DNA from: a bacterium | Lineage (GTDB): Bacteria; Patescibacteriota; Patescibacteriia; UBA1558; S5-K13 | Direction of reading: 5' to 3' | Assembly (NCBI GenBank): GCA_029555085.1 | Contig: JAKPTO010000026.1 | Location: 1-64,000 of the forward strand | Length of the DNA stretch: 64,000 bases | Shown: positions 57,637-64,000 of the stretch, piece by piece | Layout: each line of letters begins with the position of its first letter | Numbering within the stretch: the stretch's first letter is position 1 | Notes under the pieces: model-generated | Told to the model about the DNA's origin: nothing | Database searches by the model: none | The model's input: the letters and a program-made list of their open reading frames with translations, nothing else | Translations under genes and position numbers: made by a program

Positions 57637-57748
57637 ATTATATATAATTTACCCGATATATTCAATACTTTTTATCCGATATATTATTTTTTATACCCGA
57701 TACGGTTTTTATCCCTTTATTTAAAGGACAAAAATCATATGGGATAAA
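57637..57748 (-). promoter_or_regulatory. Promoter of the giant gene overlapped by phased direct repeats
   Basis: Minus strand TTGAAT-17-TATAAT (57665-57637). Repeats TTTACCCGATA (57648), TTTATCCGATA (57671), TATACCCGATA (57692), plus the TTTATCCC/GGGATAAA inverted pair (57708/57741). Confidence 0.55.
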
Positions 57749-57975
57749 TTTTTATAAAATAAGACAAAGCATATAAATTTGACAAATTTTCAATAAAAAA
57801 ATAATATTTTTCAAAACCCAAATAAATTACCTATACAAATATTTATAGAAGTGGAAAACTATATAACCAATTTAGTTTAAAAATTAAATAAAATTACCTG
57901 AAAGTTAGAGTGCTTACTTTATTATTTTTAACAAAGGCGCTATACTAAAATTATAAATATATCAAAAAATAATAT

Positions 57976-58434
57976 ATGGAAAAATTAATAATTTTGAATA
58001 AAAAAATTGACTACGAATATGAAATCAAAGAAAAATTTGTAGCTGGATTAGTTTTGTTTGGCGATGAAGTTAAGTCAATAAAAAATTCTTCATTTGACAT
58101 GAAAGATTCGTATATAAAAATTTCATCTGAGTCCGAAGTTCTTCTTCTCAATTTTAAAATTTCTCCATACAAAAAATCAAATTTAAACTTATTGAAACAC
58201 AAACCCAATAGATCCATAAAATTACTACTCAAAAAATCTGAAATTAAAAAATTAAATTCTCTTTTAAAAGAAAAATCCTACACTGCCATTCCTAAAAAAA
58301 TTTTTGTAAAAAACAATTTTATAAAAGTTGAAATTGCTGTTGTAAGGGGAAAGAAAAAATATGAAAAAAGAGAATTTATAAAAAATAAAGAAATTAAAAA
58401 AGATCTACAAAAAAATTATAAACTTCATAGTTAA
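57976..58434 (+). CDS. smpB: SsrA-binding protein
   Basis: AGLVLFGDEVKS, R.IKLLL.K.EI, GKKKYEKRE; adjacent to tmRNA. Confidence 0.93.
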   Translation: MEKLIILNKKIDYEYEIKEKFVAGLVLFGDEVKSIKNSSFDMKDSYIKISSESEVLLLNFKISPYKKSNLNLLKHKPNRSIKLLLKKSEIKKLNSLLKEKSYTAIPKKIFVKNNFIKVEIAVVRGKKKYEKREFIKNKEIKKDLQKNYKLHS

Positions 58435-58666
58435 ATTTTTTAATAAAAAATTTTTAAAAACCATCTTGTACAAATTTTGTGTTCAATTTAAAATGTCTAA
58501 AATTATCAAAATTACACCCTTAAAATTATCAAATTTCACATAAACAATCTTCTTTAAAATTTCTAAAATACTAAAAAATTATATAAATTAAAAATAAAAT
58601 TTTTTATATTTTTATAAAAAATATCCACTCCTAAATAGTACATATAAAATTTATTACATTTGGCGA

Positions 58667-58695
58667 TTGACAGATGATAAAAATTGCTGTATACT
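58667..58695 (+). promoter_or_regulatory. tmRNA promoter
   Basis: TTGACA-17bp-TATACT. Confidence 0.7.
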
Positions 58696-58737
58696 AATCC
58701 TATAAATTATACGCATAAAATTGTATAATTTTTTTAT

Positions 58738-59128
58738 GGGGATGTATCAATTTGATGCATAAAAAATTTGTTCTTTGGCAAGTCAAGTTTTGCGAAACTT
58801 GTAAAAAACGCTAAATCATAAATGTCAAATCATTTATAGAAAAAGTTAAAGTTGCATTTAGTAATCCAGCTTTCAACTTTTCAATTGCTTAATCTTTTTT
58901 AAAAATTAAGCCATCCTCTATCTTCATACTCGATGGGGATTTACGAGGGTGTTATATTTTCGAGTTATACTATGGTAATTTCCATGTGCCATAGTGAAAA
59001 CTTATGGAATATATAAATAATATTTTTCTTATTTATAGTTATTTATAGAATTTTAAAAATAAGATAAACTTGTAGATAAAGAATGAATTGTTAGGCAGAC
59101 AGGGGTTCAAATCCCCTCATCTCCACCA
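58738..59128 (+). ncRNA. ssrA: tmRNA
   Basis: 5' GGGGATG pairs with 3' CATCTCC-ACCA (G3:U wobble); T arm AGGGGTTCAAATCCCCT; tag ORF 58824-58892 (VKSFIEKVKVAFSNPAFNFSIA*); downstream of smpB. Confidence 0.93.
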
Positions 59129-59191
59129 TAATTTATTATTACCCAAATCTTTGATATAATAAATATGGTTTAATAATTAACCAAAAAACAT

Positions 59192-59725
59192 ATAAACAAA
59201 TTTTTAAACAATAGAAATACTAATAATTCTAAAAAATATAGAATTAATAACCAAATAAGTATAGACAAGGTGTTTGTGATAGGTTCTAATGGTGAAAAAT
59301 TGGGAATCATGGACACGCATTCCGCTATTACAAAAGCAAAAGAATCAGGACTTGATCTAGTTGAAGTTTCTCCAAATGCTAATCCTCCGGTATGTAAAAT
59401 AGTTGATTTCGGACAATTTCAATACAGTAGATCAAAAAAACAAAAAACCAACAAGCCAAAAAAGGTTGAAATAAAAGGAATAAGATTGTCTCTAACCATA
59501 GGAAAACATGATTTAGAGGTAAAAAGAAATCAGGCAAAAAAATTTCTATCACAAAAAGATAAGGTTCGTATAGAATTAATGTTAAGAGGTAGAGAAAGGC
59601 AGCATGTAAATAAAGCAAAAGATGTAGTAAATGAATTTTTATCGGAAATAATAGATGATATATCCATAGAACAAGATATGCGCTATATGTCTGGAAAACT
59701 ATCAATGATTATAAAATCTAAATAA
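59192..59725 (+). CDS. infC: Translation initiation factor IF-3 (probable non-ATG start)
   Basis: RINNQI lies upstream of the GTG at 59270; LDLVEVSP...PPVCKI, RGRE. Frame is open back to a stop at 59174, with ATA at 59192 as candidate start. Confidence 0.9.
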   Translation: MNKFLNNRNTNNSKKYRINNQISIDKVFVIGSNGEKLGIMDTHSAITKAKESGLDLVEVSPNANPPVCKIVDFGQFQYSRSKKQKTNKPKKVEIKGIRLSLTIGKHDLEVKRNQAKKFLSQKDKVRIELMLRGRERQHVNKAKDVVNEFLSEIIDDISIEQDMRYMSGKLSMIIKSK

Positions 59726-59811
59726 GTAAATTGAAAAAATATAAAGTTAAATACCTACAATAGAACAGGAAAATTATAAATATTGACATAAGCATTTTAA
59801 AACTAAAATAT

Positions 59812-59997
59812 ATGCCAAAATTAAAGACATACAAAACATTATCAAAACGAATAAGAATTACAAAAAACGGTAAAGTCATAAGAAGGAGTAAATCACAGGA
59901 TCATTTTAATACTAGAGAAACTGGAAAGACAAAAAGAAATAAAAGGAAAGATGTAAAAGTCTCGGATGTTTATTCAAAAAACATAAGTAAATTATAA
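59812..59997 (+). CDS. rpmI: 50S ribosomal protein L35
   Basis: MPKLKT...KR.RITKNGK; position between infC and rplT. Confidence 0.93.
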   Translation: MPKLKTYKTLSKRIRITKNGKVIRRSKSQDHFNTRETGKTKRNKRKDVKVSDVYSKNISKL

Positions 59998-60039
59998 TAC
60001 TTAAGCATTGTTTTAGTGCTTAATTAGGAAATAAATTAT

Positions 60040-60387
60040 ATGCCAAGAGTAAAAAGAGGTGTTACACATCTTAAAAAAAGAAAAAAAATATTGAAAAAAG
60101 CTAAGGGTTATAAATGGGGAAGAAAATCCACAATAAGAGCAGCAAAAACAGCTGTTAAAAAGGCCGGGCAACATGCGCTTCATGATAGAAGAAAGAAAAA
60201 GGGCGTTATGAGATCCTTGTGGACAACAAAACTCAACGCAGCGCTTAGAAAATATGAAATATCATATAGCAAATTTATAGACATGCTAAAAAAGCAGAAC
60301 ATAGAATTAGATAGAAAAATACTTGCTGAAATAGCAGAAAAAAATCCAGAAATATTTGAAAAAATAGTAAAATCTATTCAGAAATAA
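60040..60387 (+). CDS. rplT: 50S ribosomal protein L20
   Basis: MPRVKRG, DRRKKK...RSLW, LDRKILAE. Confidence 0.97.
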   Translation: MPRVKRGVTHLKKRKKILKKAKGYKWGRKSTIRAAKTAVKKAGQHALHDRRKKKGVMRSLWTTKLNAALRKYEISYSKFIDMLKKQNIELDRKILAEIAEKNPEIFEKIVKSIQK

Positions 60388-60408
60388 GAAAAACCTTTGG
60401 GTTTTTCT
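60387..60408 (+). terminator. Hairpin/terminator after rplT
   Basis: AGAAAAACC-TTTG-GGTTTTTCT. Confidence 0.5.
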
Positions 60409-60411
60409 GTT

Positions 60412-60488
60412 GGAGCGGTAGTTCAGTTGGTTAGAACGCCTGCCTGTCACGCAGGAGGTCGAGGGTTCGAGTCCCTTCCGTTCCGCCA
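60412..60488 (+). tRNA. tRNA-Asp(GTC)
   Basis: GGAGCGG acceptor pairs with CCGTTCC-GCCA; anticodon loop CTGTCAC; GGTTCGAGTCC T arm; CCA encoded. Confidence 0.96.
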
Positions 60489-60658
60489 GAAAAATCTAAA
60501 TATATAAAATAAATACTCTATCAAATGTAGGGTTTTTATTTTTTACAAAAAGGGACGAGAAGTTTATCCCGCCGTATGGCGGGAAGTCCCTTCCGTTCCG
60601 CCAGAAGAATCTAAATATATAAAATAAATACTCTATCAAATGTAGGGTTTTTATTTTT
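60470..60658 (+). repeat. 74-bp direct duplication of the tRNA-Asp 3' end and downstream sequence
   Basis: 60470-60543 vs 60585-60658, one mismatch, separated by 41 bp containing the hairpin TCCCGCC-GTAT-GGCGGGA. Confidence 0.9.
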
Positions 60659-60865
60659 ATACAGATATTGCAAAACACATACCTTTATTTGACTCAAAGC
60701 GTTAATATGTTAAAATAAACAATTAAATATTAAATGTTATATTATTTATTGTGAGAATAAACCAATAACAAATACAAATATCTTTAAAATAAAAAAACCT
60801 GTTAAAAAAGCAATAGAATTGATATAATTTATAAATAAAATAATAAAATACTAAATAAAAACTAT

Positions 60866-62551
60866 ATGACAAAAAAGAAGAAAACAATATTTATAATATT
60901 CTCTATTATTATACTTATAATAGTATCTAGTTTTATTTTTAAAAAACCAAACACGACTTATACTACTGAAAAAGTACAAAGAAAAGACCTAAAACAAACT
61001 GTTAGTGAAACTGGGACTATTAAATCCTCTGACGAAATAGAACTAAATTTTCAAAATACTGGAAAAATAACAAAAATCCTTGTAAATGTTAATGATAAAG
61101 TAAAAGAAAATCAAATCTTAGCAGAATTAGATCATAGAAGCTTAGATATATCTGCAAAAAATGCAATCGCAAGCTTAGATATAGCAAAAGCTAATTTAAA
61201 TAAACTAGTATCTGGCGCAACCCAACATGAAATAAATACACAACAAATTGCTGTTAATAAAGCTGAAACAGAATACAAATCTGCTTTAAATGAATTAGAA
61301 GAAGCCAAGGCAAGTATAATAAAAACCTCTAAACAAGCAGAAACAGATGCTCTAATTTCAATTGATACAAATATTTCAAAAGCGCAAATAGCTGTCGATA
61401 ATATCAACACAATTTTAAATGATAATGATGCTCAATATCTCTTGGGTGTTAAAAATTCATCAATACTTTATCAGACAAAAAATTCCTACAATGATGCAAA
61501 ACTACTAATTTCAAATGCTAAATCCTCTATCAATACAGCAAAAAATACTAAAACTAGAAATGATATAAAGCTAGCCATAAATAAAACAATCGAAGCTTTG
61601 GATTCAACATTTAGCGCATTAACAAATTCTTATCAAATGCTTGAAGATTCAATTATTTCCTATCAATTCACACAAGCAAAGTTGGATTCCTATAAATCTA
61701 TAATTAGCACTCAACAAATAACCATATCCAATGCTCTATCCTCTGTTAAAAATTCGTTAAATATATTAAACAACACAGAACTAAGTAGCGACGGACTAAC
61801 TATTTCAGGAAGTCAAACAATTGCAACAGCTCAATCGAGAGTTGATTCTTCTTACCAAGCTTTTCAATTAATAAAAGCTCAACTTGATGAATTAAAAGCT
61901 CCTGCAAGAAGTCAAGATGTTATTTTATATCAAGCACAGGTAAGGCAAGCTGAGGCCAATCTAGAATCCATACAAAATCAAATTGAATACAATATAATAA
62001 GAGCGCCAATTAATGGAACAATAACTCAAATTGAATATAAAAAAGGAGAACAATTTTTAGCTACAAAACCAGCAATAAAAATGCTATCTGAAAATAAATT
62101 AGAAATAGAAGTCGATATTTCAGAGTCAGATATTACAAAAATAAAAATTAATGATCCAACTGAAATAACCCTAGACGCTCTAACATCTGAAGAAAAACTA
62201 TACGGAAAAGTTTATAATATAGACCCAGCTGAAACAACAATTCAAGATGTAATTTACTATAAAACCAAAATCAGCTTTGATATTCCAGAAGAATTAGTGG
62301 AGAATATAAAACCTGGAATGACAGCAAATGTAATAATTACAACAAAAAATAAAGCAAATGTGCTAGTTATTCCATCTCGCGCTGTTATAGAGAAAAATGG
62401 GGATGGAAAATTTGTAAAAATATTAGAAAATAAAAAAGAAAAGGAAGTATCTGTAAAAACAGGAATATATGGCGATGATGGAATGGTAGAAATTTTATCA
62501 GGACTAAAAGAAGGACAAGGAATAATAACTTCAACAAACACAAAAAAATAA
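60866..62551 (+). CDS. Efflux membrane-fusion (MacA/HlyD-like) adaptor protein
   Basis: N-terminal TM, lipoyl-like halves (GKITKILV; IRAPINGTI), long coiled coil, IKPGMTA, GLKEGQ. Confidence 0.88.
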   Translation: MTKKKKTIFIIFSIIILIIVSSFIFKKPNTTYTTEKVQRKDLKQTVSETGTIKSSDEIELNFQNTGKITKILVNVNDKVKENQILAELDHRSLDISAKNAIASLDIAKANLNKLVSGATQHEINTQQIAVNKAETEYKSALNELEEAKASIIKTSKQAETDALISIDTNISKAQIAVDNINTILNDNDAQYLLGVKNSSILYQTKNSYNDAKLLISNAKSSINTAKNTKTRNDIKLAINKTIEALDSTFSALTNSYQMLEDSIISYQFTQAKLDSYKSIISTQQITISNALSSVKNSLNILNNTELSSDGLTISGSQTIATAQSRVDSSYQAFQLIKAQLDELKAPARSQDVILYQAQVRQAEANLESIQNQIEYNIIRAPINGTITQIEYKKGEQFLATKPAIKMLSENKLEIEVDISESDITKIKINDPTEITLDALTSEEKLYGKVYNIDPAETTIQDVIYYKTKISFDIPEELVENIKPGMTANVIITTKNKANVLVIPSRAVIEKNGDGKFVKILENKKEKEVSVKTGIYGDDGMVEILSGLKEGQGIITSTNTKK

Positions 62552-63264
62552 TGCTTATACAAATCAAAGATATAAAAAAAGAATATTCTAATGATGAAGT
62601 AGTAACTGAGATACTTCACGGATTATCTTTTGAAATTAAAAAAGGTGAATTTGTTTCCATTATGGGTCCATCTGGATCTGGTAAATCAACACTCATGCAT
62701 ATTTTAGGACTTCTGGATAGACCTACAACTGGAACATATTTTTTTGAAAATCAAGATGTTTTAAAATTAACTGATGATGAATTGGCAAATTTGAGAAACA
62801 AAAAAATAGGATTTGTTTTTCAAGCTTTTCATTTACTACCAAAAACACAAGTAATAGATAATGTGATGCTTCCACTCATATACTCTGAAGAAAAAACAAA
62901 TCACAATGAAAAAGCAAAACAAGTACTAGAAAGTGTTGGACTATCACACAGAATGTATCACTACACGAATCAAATTTCTGGTGGAGAAAAGCAAAGAGTC
63001 GCTATCGCAAGAGCTCTTGTAAACAATCCCGATGTTATTTTTGCTGATGAACCAACTGGAAACTTGGACTCAAAATCAGGAAAGCAAATTATGGAAATTC
63101 TACAAGATTTAAATGACAAGGGCCATACCATTATTCTCGTAACTCATGAAACATACACCGCGGAACACGCTCATAGAATTATAAAAATTGTAGATGGACT
63201 CATAACTGAAGATTATAAAGTTTCCAATAGGCGCTTAGCAAAAAACGAAAACGGCATAAAATAA
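62551..63264 (+). CDS. ABC transporter ATP-binding protein (MacB/LolD family)
   Basis: GPSGSGKST, ISGGEKQRVAIARAL, ADEPTGNLD, VTHE. Confidence 0.95.
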   Translation: MLIQIKDIKKEYSNDEVVTEILHGLSFEIKKGEFVSIMGPSGSGKSTLMHILGLLDRPTTGTYFFENQDVLKLTDDELANLRNKKIGFVFQAFHLLPKTQVIDNVMLPLIYSEEKTNHNEKAKQVLESVGLSHRMYHYTNQISGGEKQRVAIARALVNNPDVIFADEPTGNLDSKSGKQIMEILQDLNDKGHTIILVTHETYTAEHAHRIIKIVDGLITEDYKVSNRRLAKNENGIK

Positions 63265-63265
63265 T

Positions 63266-64000
63266 ATGTTTAATTTTCTAAAACAATGCGCCAAACTAGC
63301 TATTAATTCACTTCTAGCTAATAAGACAAGAAGTTTTTTGACTATGCTTGGAATTATAATTGGGGTGTCTGCCGTTATAATTATTACTTCAATTGGAAGC
63401 GGTGCTCAAGATTTAATTCTCTCTGAAATTAAAATACTTGGAACTGATACTATAAGCATTATGCCTGGCAAAGCAGAAGAAAATGGACCACCAGCTTCTG
63501 TCATGGGGATAATAATTACAACCCTAACATACGAAGATGCAAAGGCGCTTCTCGAGAAAAAAAATTCTCAGCACATTATTAATGTTGCTGCTTACTCAAA
63601 CACAAATGCGAATGTTTCCTGGGGTTCCCAGAGTTCAAACTTTGATATAATAGGAACAAATGTAGGTCACTTAACAATGAATAATTTTAATGTCGAAAGT
63701 GGGAGATTTTTTACAATCGACGAGGAGAGTAATTTGGCAAAAATAGCAGTTTTGGGTAGTCAAGCGAAAGAAGATTTATTTGGGGATTCTGATGCTATAG
63801 GAGAAAAAATAAAAATTAAAAAACAGGTCTTTGAGGTAATAGGGATACTAGAAGAAAAAGGAACAGTTGCTTTTCAAAATTATGATGACAAAATTTTTAT
63901 TCCTATAAAAACAATGCAAAAATTAATTGTTTCCTCAGATGCTGTTGGGATTATAAGAGCAAAAGTAGACAACGAGAAAAATCTTCCTCTTGCTATAAAA
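63266..64000 (+). CDS. MacB-like ABC permease, 3'-truncated by window edge
   Basis: Not in the ORF track; reads MFNFLKQCAKLAINSLLANKTRSFLTMLGIIIGVSAVI...GRFF...AVLG and stays open to the window end. Confidence 0.9.
   Translation, partial: MFNFLKQCAKLAINSLLANKTRSFLTMLGIIIGVSAVIIITSIGSGAQDLILSEIKILGTDTISIMPGKAEENGPPASVMGIIITTLTYEDAKALLEKKNSQHIINVAAYSNTNANVSWGSQSSNFDIIGTNVGHLTMNNFNVESGRFFTIDEESNLAKIAVLGSQAKEDLFGDSDAIGEKIKIKKQVFEVIGILEEKGTVAFQNYDDKIFIPIKTMQKLIVSSDAVGIIRAKVDNEKNLPLAIK

Noticed and set aside
57648-57706. Short direct repeats as a CRISPR array or iterons
   Set aside because: Units are only 11-15 bp with ~10-bp gaps; no cas or rep gene nearby.
60001-60023. Hairpin between rpmI and rplT as an L20 regulatory element
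   Set aside because: A single AT-rich stem; not enough to assign a function.
60496-60678. 60-aa minus-strand ORF
   Set aside because: Translation of the tRNA-associated duplication; no independent coding signal.
18-62619. Many 60-130 aa ORFs antisense to or nested in real genes
   Set aside because: Phe/Leu/Ile-rich shadow ORFs expected opposite AT-rich coding sequence; no motifs.
1-64000. Alternative genetic code (TGA=Gly, as in Gracilibacteria)
   Set aside because: Conserved genes are full length in code 11, and rarA and mltG end at TGA at their expected C-termini.

Overview
Very AT-rich, densely coding chromosomal segment in the standard genetic code (TGA used as stop). It is most consistent with a Patescibacteria/CPR (Parcubacteria/ABY1-like) bacterium; this is inferred from CPR-typical hypothetical families and the near-absence of Shine-Dalgarno motifs. 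Content is mostly housekeeping: rarA, rlmN, trxB, gltX, serS, lysS, priA, def, fmt, mltG, manC, uppP, gpmI, eno-like, pgk, rplY, tgt, recO, ileS, smpB, tmRNA, infC-rpmI-rplT, tRNA-Asp and a MacAB-like exporter. No CRISPR array, transposase or prophage is visible. Most notable: (1) a lone Xer recombinase with a symmetric 11-6-11 dif-like site in its own promoter/leader, where gene orientation flips (probable replication terminus); (2) a tightly packed ~11 kb operon joining an acyl-CoA ligase/acyltransferase/HAD-phosphatase lipid module and a 7TM-GAF-GAF histidine kinase to lower-glycolysis genes, two of which look like pseudo-enzymes; (3) an unexplained ~190 nt structured transcript with its own promoter and terminator; (4) an 1847-aa tail-fibre-like surface protein with an N-terminal DNA-binding HTH and phased direct repeats over its promoter. 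All protein calls come from motif recognition by eye, not database searches.
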